Assembly (NCBI RefSeq): GCF_001194135.2
Contig: NC_069004.1
Location: 31,255,360-31,319,359, forward strand
DNA length: 64,000 nt
Origin: Octopus bimaculoides
Lineage: Eukaryota
Direction of reading: 5' to 3'
In this document: in pieces, positions 1 to 34,920 of the stretch
Position numbering within the stretch: position 1 is the first letter of the stretch
How the letters are laid out: every line of letters starts with the position of its first letter
Position numbers and translations under genes: made by a program
Notes under the pieces: model-generated
What the model saw: the letters and a program-made list of their open reading frames with translations, nothing else
What the model was told of the DNA's origin: nothing
Database searches by the model: none

Positions 1-837
1 CGTGATTGTCAGGTGCAGGACAGTAATGTAATAACATACATTTTTGGTTTTGAATTATAAAGCACTAAAAAAATAAAGCTACATACATACATTCCTTCAC
101 ACACACACACACACACACACATACACATCAACATACATATGTTCATGCATACATGGGAAAGTCTGGCTGCTCAGAAAAACTCATCTGCATAGTGCAAGAG
201 TTTGATGACGGCAATCTTTGGACAATAGAGATTCTTTTGATGCATTCTCATTCTATATAGAGATATATCATCATCACCACCATCATCATCTTCATCGTCA
301 TTTAATGTCCGTAGTCCAAGCTGGCATGGGTTGGATGGTTTGACCAGGGCTGGCAGGACGGAAGTCTGCACCAGACCCCAGACTGATTTGGCACACCCAG
401 CACACTCTGTAAAGTGGTTGGCATTAGGAAGGGCATCCAGCTGTAGAAAACCATGCCACAACAGACAGTTGGAGTCTAGACAGCTCCCTGCTAGCTCCAT
501 GTCAAACTGTCCAACCCATGCCATCATGGAAAGCAGATGTAAAATGATGATGATGATGATATATATGTATATATATAAATATAAAGGTAAGATCCAAGGA
601 TGCAGGCGTAAGAAGTTAATAAGCATTGAGCAGTCTGTAGAAGGTACAAAAAATAACTTTCAGGAACAGAAGTTGTTTATTGACGTACAAGGTTGTAAAT
701 TTTTCCCATATCAAAGTTTGATAAGCTGGCAAAAGTAATTTATAGATCACGGTTAGCAACTGGGGTTGCTGTGTATCTGGATAAAAATCCACAATGAAGG
801 AAATGGAGTGGATAAAATCCAGGCTATGTAAGTTTTA

Positions 838-937
838 TAGCTAGTAGAATCTCAAAAGTACTTATTTCCCAAACGTTGGGTAGCTAGCAGATTACCCCTC
901 ATTTGGGAAATAACTACTTCTGAGATTTTGCTAGCTA
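838..937. repeat. Imperfect hairpin/MITE-like palindrome
   Basis: tagctagtagaatctcaaaagtacttatttcccaaa ... tttgggaaataactacttctgagattttgctagcta. Confidence 0.7.
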
Positions 938-3178
938 TGAAACATATATATATATATATTTCTTTATTGCCCACAGGGGGCTAAAAACAGAGGGGGACAA
1001 ACAAAGGGATTAAGTCGATTACATCGATCCCCAGAGCATAACTGGTACTTATTTAATCGACCCCGAAAGGATGAAAAGCAAAGTCGACCTCGGTGGAATT
1101 TGAACTCAGAATATAACGGCAGACAAAATATTGCTAAGCATTTCATTTGGCATGCTAACAATTCTGCCAGCTCACCGCCTTATGAAACATATACAGCCTG
1201 AATTTTATCTACATCATTCCCTATGTTTTTGATATATATATATATTCTTTTATTCTTTTATCCTTTTACTCATTTCAGTCAGTTGACTGCGGCCATGCTG
1301 GAGCACCACCTTTAGTCGAACAAATAGTTCCCAGAACTTATTCTTTGTAAGTCTAGTGCTTATTCTATCGGTCTCTTTTGCCAAACTGCTAAGTTACGGG
1401 GACATAAACACACCAGCATCAACTGTCAAGTGATGGTGGTGGTGATGGTGGGGACAAACACAGACACACAAATATATACATACATACATATGGTGGGCTT
1501 CTTTCAGTTTCCGTCTACCAAATCCACTCAGAAGACTTTTGTCGGCCTGAGGCTATAGTAGAAGACACTTGCCCAGGGTGTCATGCAGTGGGACTGAACC
1601 CAGAAAGCAAGCTTCTTACGACACAGCCACATCTGCGCCACACGTATATGTGTGAGTATGTGTGTGTGTATGCGCGCATGTGTGTGAATGTGTCATTTCT
1701 AACAACAACCACAGCAACACCAGCAACAATAATAATTCCATGACAACTAATAACCATCACCACCACCACCACCACCACCATCATCATCATCAGCACAACT
1801 ATAACATGAACACCATCATTCCCTCCACCATCACCATCAATACCAATACAGCCACCACCATCGCCACCGTTTTGCATCACTGCACACCCTCAACTTCACA
1901 TCACGGCAGTATCCAACATGCTTCTCTCTGACAACACTGTCACCCTCTCCACCACAAACATCTACTCCGCCATCACCATCACCATCACCGCCATCACTAT
2001 TNNNNNNNNNNNNNNNNNNNNNNNNNNNNNNNNNNNNNNNNNNNNNNNNNNNNNNNNNNNNNNNNNNNNNNNNNNNNNNNNNNNNNNNNNNNNNNNNNNN
2101 NNNNNNNNNNNNNNNNNNNNNNNNNNNNNNNNNNNNNNNNNNNNNNNNNNNNNNNNNNNNNNNNNNNNNNNNNNNNNNNNNNNNNNNNNNNNNNNNNNNN
2201 NNNNNNNNNNNNNNNNNNNNNNNNNNNNNNNNNNNNNNNNNNNNNNNNNNNNNNNNNNNNNNNNNNNNNNNNNNNNNNNNNNNNNNNNNNNNNNNNNNNN
2301 NNNNNNNNNNNNNNNNNNNNNNNNNNNNNNNNNNNNNNNNNNNNNNNNNNNNNNNNNNNNNNNNNNNNNNNNNNNNNNNNNNNNNNNNNNNNNNNNNNNN
2401 NNNNNNNNNNNNNNNNNNNNNNNNNNNNNNNNNNNNNNNNNNNNNNNNNNNNNNNNNNNNNNNNNNNNNNNNNNNNNNNNNNNNNNNNNNNNNNNNNNNN
2501 NNNNNNNNNNNNNNNNNNNNNNNNNNNNNNNNNNNNNNNNNNNNNNNNNNNNNNNNNNNNNNNNNNNNNNNNNNNNNNNNNNNNNNNNNNNNNNNNNNNN
2601 NNNNNNNNNNNNNNNNNNNNNNNNNNNNNNNNNNNNNNNNNNNNNNNNNNNNNNNNNNNNNNNNNNNNNNNNNNNNNNNNNNNNNNNNNNNNNNNNNNNN
2701 NNNNNNNNNNNNNNNNNNNNNNNNNNNNNNNNNNNNNNNNNNNNNNNNNNNNNNNNNNNNNNNNNNNNNNNNNNNNNNNNNNNNNNNNNNNNNNNNNNNN
2801 NNNNNNNNNNNNNNNNNNNNNNNNNNNNNNNNNNNNNNNNNNNNNNNNNNNNNNNNNNNNNNNNNNNNNNNNNNNNNNNNNNNNNNNNNNNNNNNNNNNN
2901 NNNNNNNNNNNNNNNNNNNNNNNNNNNNNNNNNNNNNNNNNNNNTTGCGTTGGTGCATGTGTTGGTGAGCGAGCGAGCGATCGAGCGATCGAGCGACCGA
3001 GCCAGCAGCGAACTTTCACAACTAAACGCCAGTCCAGTCCAGTCGAGTCCAGTAAAGTATACAGCCATCTCTCCCCACTCTCTCTCTCCCTCTTCTCCGG
3101 CCCACCACAGATACACATAACTAAAAAGGAGAAAACAAAAAAAAACCCTAACACAACAAAAACAACCCACCGCTGGTC

Positions 3179-25821
<22,643 letters not shown>

Positions 25822-26539
25822 CCTTTGAATGGCAGATCCCATCCAGAAAAGGGGTCACTCAGACAGACTGGCATTAAGTCAGTCACAGACACTCTCCAGT
25901 CCCCGGCCCACAGATACAATGTCTTCTCTCTCTGCCTTTTCTGTCCTTCTATCGTACTTTAACTTCTCATCACCTGGCATAAAGCTACCTCTTTCAATAC
26001 TACTCCGTGACCCTGTCCACCTTGGTCTTGTCTTGAAAATTACTTGGTGATCTCGCTGGTGTTGGTGGTATGAAAACGAAGGCACCTTAGTAAATTCTGT
26101 GGAGTGGTCGGCATTTGGAAGGACATCCAGCTGCAGAAAACATGCTCTTGTCAAACCGTCCAACATATAACAGCATGAAAAACAGATGTTAATTGGTGCT
26201 GCTGATGATGTCAACGATAATAGTAATGGCCTCTGCTCCTCAGAGCTGGTTAGGCTCCTGCCATCTCCCCTCAGATACTTCCAATCTACTCATCTGTCCC
26301 CACTTCACCACCTTCGTATGTGATGTGTCCAACCCCTACACCATCCATTGAGCCCAATCTTTCCTCTTCAGAACTTCATCCCTCTGGAACTCTCCTTTTA
26401 CTCACGTCACTTCTTCAATTGTGAACTTGCAATGGTCTTTAGAGGAACAGCAGCAGCATCTCTTTCACCAGTTTTGGGGGGTTTGCGAATGTCATGGGCA
26501 CTACCTGTCCCTCAAAACCCTGCAAATGAAAAAAATATA

Positions 26540-26545
26540 AATAAA
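26540..26545 (+). other. Candidate polyadenylation signal AATAAA for C12orf56
   Basis: AATAAA about 720 nt after the stop codon; position only, no transcript support. Confidence 0.3.
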
Positions 26546-26642
26546 ACAAGGTAAAAAATGATCTTATAAATACAAATAAGGGCTGCGGCAGAAAAACCTC
26601 CCCTATTTTACATGACCATTATTATGGTACTTACTTACTTAG

Positions 26643-27024
26643 GTGGAGGTGCAATGGTCCAGTGGTTAGGGCAGCGGACTTGCGGTCGTAGGATCGCGGT
26701 TTCGATTCCCAGACCGGGCATTGTGAGTGTTTATTGAGCGAAAACACCTAAAGTTCCACAAGGCTTCGGCAGGGGATGGTGGTGACCCCTGCTGTACTCT
26801 TCCACCACAACTTTCTCTCACTCTTACTTCCTGTTTCTGCTGTTCCTGTAATTCAAAGGGGCCAGCCTTGTCACACTCTGTGTCATGCTGAATCTCCCCG
26901 AGAACTACGTTAAGGGTACATGTGTCTGTGGAGTGCTCAGTACTTGCACGTTAATTTCACGAGCAGGCTGTTCTGTTGATCGGATCAACTGGAACCCTTG
27001 TCGTCGTAACCGACGGAGTGCCAA
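26643..27024 (+). mobile_element. tRNA-derived SINE family C, full-length copy. Others: 17940-18200, 29350-29668(-), 36130-36342(-), 45695-45830, 45940-46425(-), 56620-56945, 61549-61860(-)
   Basis: GTGGAGG(T/C)GCAATGG(T/C)CCAGTGGTTAGGGCAGCGGACT..GGTTTCGATTCCCAG tRNA-like head; tail CGACGGAGTGCCAAC. Confidence 0.9.
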
Positions 27025-28149
27025 CCACATTATGGTACTTATGAAGTTAGGCATGTGTTAATGATATCTTTATGCAGTAAATGTTTCACCATGTTTTGTA
27101 ATCACCAACATGGCTTGGATTAAAGCATATTGTGGGTTTGCTAAGTAAAACATTTGTTTCAACATGTGAAATGTGAGAGACATTTTGCCACATCCTGTAT
27201 ATTACATGAAGTGTTTGGCTTTGATTGTTTTCCACTTAGTGACCCGAGTCCAGGATGTCACTGGACAAAACATCAGTTGCTGTCTGCCAGCCTCTAATTG
27301 TTTGATTCTGAGTCGTTTCTGACCCAGCTGAACTTTGATCAAAGATCTTCCAGCTATGACCATCCCGTCTTAAATTCAAGCACAGTGTATCTAGGACTAC
27401 ATTATCCAATGTTCATTTCTTTGTTGACATTGATTAACTCCAGACCAATCCTGATCCAGCTGGCCCATGATTAAAGATGTTCCGGTATGACCATCTCATC
27501 TTATATTCGGGCATAGTATATCTAGGACTACATTATCCAGTGTGTGTTTCTTTGTTGTTGTTTAGTCCCTAGTTCAAACTATGACCCCATAGACCTTGGA
27601 TCGAGAACATTCTAGCCATCACCAGTCTGCTATTTATCTATCCAGTGTGTCCCACATCATGGGTCTATCCTCAGGTCATTCCTGAGCATGCTAATCATTG
27701 GCCAAAAATGTTCCACCTTTGACCATCCTGTCCCTTATTCAGACATTTTGTATCATCACCATCATCACCATCATCACACCACCACCGCTGCCACCACTAC
27801 CACCACTACCACTGATATCACCACTGCCACCACTACCACAATTGCCACCGCCACTGCTGCCACCACCATCACCATTGTTATTGTTATCATCATCATCATA
27901 ATCATCATTACTGCTATAGCCACCACCACAACCACCCCCATCGCTATCATTACCATCATTGCCACCACTACTACAATCATCATCATCATCATCATCATTA
28001 CAATCAGATAATTTATTATAATTTATAAATAAATACTTTCATGAAATATATGTATTTCTGAGTTAATTTTTAAAAATCTTACTTTTCTATTTTGTTTGTT
28101 GTTGTTTTGTGTTTTTTTATTTGTTTTGTTTTGTTTTTTCTTCTTGTTT

Positions 28150-28490
28150 CGCCTCAAGCCATGGGGCACTGCAATGCATGACCAAACTACCATAATCTCC
28201 TCATCAAAAGAGTTCCCTCGAGAGGTGAGAGACTGCAGCAAGCATAAAGTTTTCCGTTTCAAATGCAGTCGGAATACAGAAGCAATTGAAGACCTCCAGC
28301 TTCTGGAGATCAGCAAAACGTACACGGAGAGGTGGTCAGCTGAAGACATGACTCTTGACAGTCAAAGTGGATATGGAGCTCATTTCCGGACCTTGGGTCT
28401 TTGGCATTCATCACTGGAACTGGAAATGGCTTCAACACACTACAGAATTAGCCACCAATAGACATACATGGACCGCCTTGATCCATGATG
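28150..28490 (+). mobile_element. Degenerate RTE-type LINE 3' fragment
   Basis: MHDQ...HKVFRFK and frameshifted FGIHHWNW...ELATNRHTWTALI resemble the RTE ORF C-terminus. Confidence 0.45.
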
Positions 28491-28539
28491 ATGAACATTA
28501 CTCCATTACAAAAAACCATAATCATCAATTGCCAGTGTC

Positions 28540-28815
28540 CATGGACTGGCTCTTCTGTGGGTGGCACATAAAAGACACCATTTTGAGCGTGGTCGTTGCC
28601 AGTACCGCCTGACTGGCCTTCGTGCCGGTGGCACGTAAAAGCACCCACTACACTCTCGGAGTGGTTGGCGTTAGGAAGGGCATATCCAGCTGTAGAAACA
28701 CTGCCAGATCAGATTGGAGCCTGGTGTAGCCGTCTGGTTTCACCAGTCCTCAGTCAAATCGTCCAACCCATGCTAGCATGGAAGGCGGACGTTAAACGAT
28801 GATGATGATGATGAT
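28540..28815 (+). mobile_element. Retroposon family D with (GAT)n tail. Others: 280-395(-), 398-560, 5090-5330(-), 13400-13650, 15700-15910, 16385-16530(-), 23930-24110, 26060-26215, 31355-31600(-), 34335-34615(-), 39925-40045(-), 63665-63920(-)
   Basis: Conserved 3' end GGAAGGGCATCCAGCTGTAGAAAC..CCAACCCATGCTAGCATGGAA.GCGGACGTTAAACGATGATGATG. Confidence 0.88.
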
Positions 28816-30700
28816 CAGATGAACCGTAATTTTACAAACAAAAGAATATCCCAAGAATACAGCAGAGACGTGGTTGAAGTCTGTTGAGGACAACTATGAA
28901 ATGGGAGAACGACCAACAAAAACTGGCCGTTGTGGGCATTAGGGAGCGGGGTTAGGTAAAGAATATAGTTTGTGAAAAGGTGTAATAGGATATCTAAGGT
29001 CAGCAATCCAAGTGAAATAGCCATCTGCTGGACTGGTTCATTGGTAGGCTAGAGGTGATGTTTTATTATACCAGGCTTAGAGAAGCTGGTAGTTGGGAAA
29101 GGACCGAAGATAAAGGATGAAGAATAAAGAAAGTGAAAAATAAAAATGAAGAAATATAAATGCATAAAGAAAGCCAATTAGGCATGGGGTCGGGGTTTAG
29201 GATTTGCTGGCTAAGGCCAAAGAACAAAGGGAGGAGGGCAGAGATACACGGAATTTAGGGGTGTTCTGTGGATATAGGTTGAATGTTAGGTTAAGGTATG
29301 AAGGCAGCGCGATTGATTTATATGATAAAGTGGAAAGATGTAGGATGTTGTTGGCACTCCGTCGCTTATGACGTTGAGGGTTCCAGTTGACACACGTGTA
29401 CCCTTAACGTAGTTCTCGGGGATATTCAGCGTGACACAGTGTGACAAGGCTAACCCCTTGAATTACAGATACAGAAACAGGTAGTAAGAGTGAGAGAAAG
29501 TTGTGGTGGGAGAGTACAGTAGGGTTTGCCACCATCCTCTGCCGGAGCCTCGTGGAGCTTTAGGTGTTTTCGCTCAATAAACACTCACAACGGCCGGTCT
29601 GGAAATCGAAACCGCGATCCTATGACCGCGAGTCCGCTGCCCTAACAACTGGGCCATTGCGCCTCCACGTTGTTTTAGATACAAATATGTTATATGGGTT
29701 TGTGGAAACCGTTTGTAATATTAGGACATGTTTGCCTGGCGAGGAAATACTTTGTGGCAATAGTAGCGTATTACTTATCATTAAGGCATTCAAAAGTGAC
29801 GGAATTATATAATAAACTACAAATAGTACAGAGTTAAAGGAAATACCAATTCGGATATCAAAGAAAGCCGGCAATAAGAAGTGGTCTTATGATTAACAAT
29901 ATGGCATGTTATATAGGTGGCATTGATATTATGTAATTAGATTGTATAATCACCATTGGGTGGGCTGATGAGAGAGGGTTGACGATGAAGGGGGGAAGAG
30001 GACAAGGGGAAGGGGAAAAGGTGGGTATGAGAAAAGAGAGAAAGAGAGTAGGGGTGAAGAGAAGTAGGAGTCAGAGTAAGAGAGGAGAGGTGGGTGGTAG
30101 GAAGTAGGAGGGAGGGTGGACAGTAAACATTAAAGTAAGGCAAACATCTCAAGGAGTAGAGAATATTATTATGTTTGCCTTGCCCTTAATGTTTACTGTC
30201 CTGTTTAACAATTATATATCCGCTGCATCGGAAATCTGCAATGGCTCCATAACAACCGTTCCGGCTATAACCTTGTAGCCACAGTAATCCATTACAGCAC
30301 TTACCTAGAGAACTTAATTGTTTAGATCACCTGTTAATTGAACCCCCATACTTTGTGTGTGTATGTGTGTAATTGAAAACCAAGAGGTGAGTGGTACCCA
30401 AAAGAAACCAGAACTTTGCAATATTATTTTATATAAGTGTAAACATGTAAAATTCAGAGAATTAAAATAATAGTGCAAAATCCGCATTTCTATTGGCTAT
30501 TCCTATACAAAATAGAATACAACAGTCGGCCAACTTCAATTTATATTATATATATTTAAATTTTTGATATATAACCAAGGAGATCGATTCATAAGGAGTT
30601 TACTATAGACCTTTGTGGACGAATTTTTGCTATTTTGGTAATGATTACATGTTTTATCTCACCAACACATTTTGTAGATATCATTATATGNNNNNNNNNN

Positions 30701-30747
<47 letters not shown>

Positions 30748-30919
30748 CTTCTTTGTCTTTGTATCTGATTTGCTTGGTTGCAGGCAGCAACAAATGAGTT
30801 AATCAATTGTTCAACCAGAACGAAGACATAACACCTTGAGTTTATGTGTTAGGGTTTTTCCAAATTCTTTTCTATTTTATGTACCTGACAATGTAATGCT
30901 CTTTGGTTTGAGAACTTGG

Positions 30920-30959
<40 letters not shown>

Positions 30960-31785
30960 CATATGAGGGGAGAGGGAGAGGAAGTAGAGGAGGAAAGAGA
31001 GAGAGGAAAACAAGTGGTGGAGAGGCACAGACAAACAGAGAAAAAGAATTGAGGAGAGGATGAGAGTGAAAAGGTGTGCAGAAGAGAGAGAAAGAAGGGG
31101 GGGAGAGAGAAAGAGTGGTGTTGTACCTGTGTTATATGCAAGGTAGCAACCCTGATCAGGTATGTGATGTTGATAAGCCAAGATGGGATCAGAGGTGAGT
31201 TGTTTCACCTGTCCATGACATTCAGGTGTTTTAACACCTTGTGCTTTGAGAGAGTATTCTCTAGCACACAAAATGCCAACAGGCAAATACATAAACTATA
31301 TACAATGAGTATATAAGGTGGCTAATATTTATATATATATGTGTGTGTGTATGTATCCTCATCATCATCGTTTAACGTTCGTTTTCCGTGCTGGCATGGG
31401 TTGGATGGTTTGACTGAGGTCTGGAGAGCCAAGGGCTGCACCAGGCTCCAGTCTGATCTGGCAATGTTTCTACAGCTGGATGCCCTTCCTAACACCAACA
31501 ACTCTGAGAGTGTAGTGGGTACTTTTTACATGCCACCGGCATGGCGGGGCCAGTCAGGGGGTACTGTCATTGGCCACGTTTGGATAGTGCTTTTTACATG
31601 ACAAACATATTTCAACTAACCAAAATTCTGCTCACACCTAAACACTGCTTTGCACCTATGCTCTGTTAATATATAATATATATATATATAAATTATAAAT
31701 ATTACAATACAGTAGTATTATTTTCCAGCAAAATAAAGCACCGTAAAGGTAGAATTATAAATAGGAATTAGTGACACAAGGTCCT

Positions 31786-31890
31786 AATTTTTGCTGGAAA
31801 TAGCAGTCGATAACCATATGATGCTAGGTCATATGATAACTACACAACTTAGCATCAGACGCTTATCGACTGCTATTTCCAGCAAAAATT
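31786..31890. repeat. Palindromic MITE-like element with 28-bp exact arms
   Basis: aatttttgctggaaatagcagtcgataa ... ttatcgactgctatttccagcaaaaatt. Confidence 0.75.
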
Positions 31891-31915
31891 GGTACCTTGT
31901 TGTGCCACTATTTCC

Positions 31916-31970
<55 letters not shown>

Positions 31971-32239
31971 GAATTTAAAGGGAAATATTATTCTAGTGGT
32001 TACCGTGTTTCCTCTTAATTCAGTTTACGATGCCAGCTAACCACAAAGGTCCTTTTGTGATACCCAAGCTAACAATAAGTTGCTAGGCTCTGGTAAATTT
32101 TCTCAATAACCAGTTGATCTAGCAAGCAGGACCTCATTTCAGTGAGGCGGGGGCAATGATGCTGTTGAGAAGTAGGCCCCGAAACAGCATGCATTCTCTT
32201 TTTACCCTTTTCTTTTCTTGTGTACCAACCTTCAAAGAT

Positions 32240-32471
32240 CTGAAGTAATTTAGATTCACCTGGGAGGAGGCAGGTAAGTGTACTAATGGGAAGTACCAGA
32301 GGGATGAATAAAGAGAGAGACCTAAGAAGACACGGTGTGCTGCTTTTAAAGGAGTTCTGAAAAATATTAGCATCAGCTGGGTAGAGGCAGATGACCGTGC
32401 TCAAAGCTGGGATCATTGGAGACATCCTGCTGTTGAAATACGCCAACTGCATGGGAGGAATTAAGACTAAG
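32240..32471 (+). mobile_element. RTE-type LINE 3' end
   Basis: GVLKNISISWVEADDRAQSWDHWRHPAVEIRQLHGRN* followed by a short tandem tail taagactaagac. Confidence 0.65.
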
Positions 32472-33479
32472 ACATCATGCTTAAAATTAGTTTGTTTTTA
32501 TTATGCTTGGTTGCACAAACTTTATCAGTGACAAAAATCTAGAAAGACAGGCAGTCAACAACAGATGTCACCACATGTTCATGTCTATCAAACCATTCAA
32601 GGTCAATAATGTATCGTGTCTTTTTTTGTTTTTTTTTTATATTGATGTTTCACAGCAAAAGCTAATATCCTATTAGCAACACAACAGTCTTTATCAACAA
32701 AAATTGCAAATTCCCTCAACCAGCTCTGATGTTCTGATATCCCACTCCCTCTCACACTACTCATCGTCTCTCACCACCCCTCTACCATCCCTGAATCTCA
32801 TGCCAGTGATTAATCCACGACCAGTCTGGAGCATTTCATCAGTTTCTGCAACGTTTCTCCCCAGTTTAACACAAAACTTTATTGCACAGCAGTTTTCCTA
32901 ATTGTCTTCATATTCCTGACTGCATTCTACAAACTAGTCGACTGGGATTTTTTCTTATTTAGCTGTCACTTTTCAGTTTCTTCAATTTTTGTTCCAATTG
33001 ATTTCATATTTCATGTTTTGATGTAGTTGTGTATGGTGATCACTGACCCCAGTACTCAACTGGTACTTATTTCATCAACCTCTGAAAGATGTAAGGCAAA
33101 GTTGACCTTAGCAGAATTTGAACTCAGAACGTAAAGATGGTTGAAATGCTGCTGAGTATTTTGAATAACAACAACAATAATGTTAATAATAATGGTTTCA
33201 AATTTTGCCACAAGAGAAGCAAATTTTGTGGGAGGGGATGAGTTGATTACATTGACCCCCAGCATACACAACTGGTACTTATTTTATCGACTCTGAAAGG
33301 ACAAAAGGCAAAGATGACCTCGGTGGAATTTGATCTCAGAAAATAACAACAGGTGAAATACCACTAAGCATGTCATCCGGCACGCTAGTGATTCTGCCAG
33401 TTCACTACCTTAATAATAATAATGATGATGATGATGATGATGGTGATGGTGATGGTGGTGGCCACTCCTATCAATTTCA

Positions 33480-34920
33480 ATGCATGAGTGCTTGATGGAA
33501 AGGATTAAATTTAAAAAATGTATCCAATGGGTGCGTGAATGTAATTTGAGTCCAAATTTGGATTTTGCTTATGAAGTCACAATGGAGACATTGATGATTT
33601 CGATTTCGCCTGGGATTGGACAAATGTCTCCTGTTGATTACAGAACCTAATGTTTTAATTGTTCTGCTTCTTCAACTCAAATTGTTTTGACGTATCATGA
33701 TATATTTTACACCATCGAAGCAATGACTTTCCCCAAAATGTTAAATTAAGTTGTCAGGATTTCAGTGATTGCTTCAACATATCCTTATATCTACAACATA
33801 ATCCTTATATCTAAGGATGGGTCTTTTTTGACCAGAGAATCTCTCTAATTGTTGGTCATACAAAAAATTTTCAGAATGTGATCAGCTTGCACTCAAACAT
33901 GTCTTGTTTCTCTGCACTGTGCTTCTAATACTGAAGATAGCACATTTTTCTAAAATTTTGACATTTGACACTTTATCCTGTCATTTTACACTGAAGATAT
34001 TGCATGTGAAAGGTTTTAAGTTTGTTTATATATCTTTAGTAGAAAGTTCATGCTTCTTGTCCTGTAAAACAAGTGTGCCCAAAATACAAGATTTATATTT
34101 TAGTTATTTTAGTTTTCAAACTGACACCATGTTCATCCAACAAATGATGATGAGAAAGTTCTCCAAAAGTACTTATGGCCTCAGATATTCTAACCTCGAT
34201 TTCCTCATCAAGCGTACTCTTAAAAGTTTAACTGTTCTTCTGAGATATTTAAATGATTTGACCCATTTCAGTGGTTTATTTTCACATTTCAATCTTAAGT
34301 AGGCTTTGGTTGGAGTAAAACTTCTGTCTTCTTCATCATCATTGTTTAACGTCCGTTTCCCATGCTAGCATGGGTTGGACGGTTCGACTGGGGTCTGGGA
34401 AGCCAGGAGGCTGCACCAGGCTCCAGCAGAGTTTCTACAGCTGGATGCCCTTCCTAACGCCAACCGCTCCTACAGTGTAGTGGGTGCTTTTTACGTGCCA
34501 CCAGCACAGGGGCCAGAGGAGGCTGGCAACAACCACGATTGGTTGGTGTTTTTTTCGTGTCACCAGCACAGAAGCCAGTCAAGGCGGCGCTGGCATCGGC
34601 CATGTTCAGATAGTGCTTCTTAATGCTGATAATCAGCCCAAATGTATGAACTGCTGCAGCAAACCTGTTGATCATTTCCTGAACTCCCTCAAATGTACGA
34701 GAAATCAAAGTGCACTCATCAGTGAACAGAAAATCACATAGAATCTTTTCCTTGGTCTTTTTCCTTTGATCTGAAGCTTTGCCCATTTAGGTTTACCAGA
34801 CCTCCATCTATGTGAAACTGAAATTTTACACCTTCATGGTAATTCTTAAAAGCATGTTGGAGCAACACCAGAAAGAATATGGCAAAAAGTATAGGAACTA
34901 GACACAACCCTGCTTAATTT
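33480..34920 (-). mobile_element. RTE-clade LINE fossil (RT domain to C-terminus) interrupted by a SINE at about 34335-34615
   Basis: FLFTDECTLISRTFEGVQEMINRFAAAVHTFGLIISIKK (RT FADD region), then TLDEEIEVRISEAISTFGEL...HGVSLKTK, with stops and frameshifts. Confidence 0.8.

Noticed and set aside
1581-1931. Poly-His/poly-Val/poly-Thr ORFs (also 8200-8818, 17337-18015, 22782-23177, 27688-28011)
   Set aside because: Translations of (CAC)/(CAT)/(GGT) microsatellites open in several frames; no splice or homology support.
1837-3170. Long ORFs filled with X (also 5385-6309, 6609-7439, 46885-48062, 55953-56743, 60747-61664)
   Set aside because: Artefacts of N gaps.
26643-26715. tRNA-like sequences (SINE heads with A/B boxes)
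   Set aside because: They continue into SINE bodies and tails and occur as many diverged copies; not functional tRNA genes.
30200-30530. Minus-strand AG|GTAAGT donor (30305) with nearby CpGs and a CCAAT box, as a hidden gene start
   Set aside because: An 8-mer match is expected about once per strand by chance here, and no partner exon or ORF was found.
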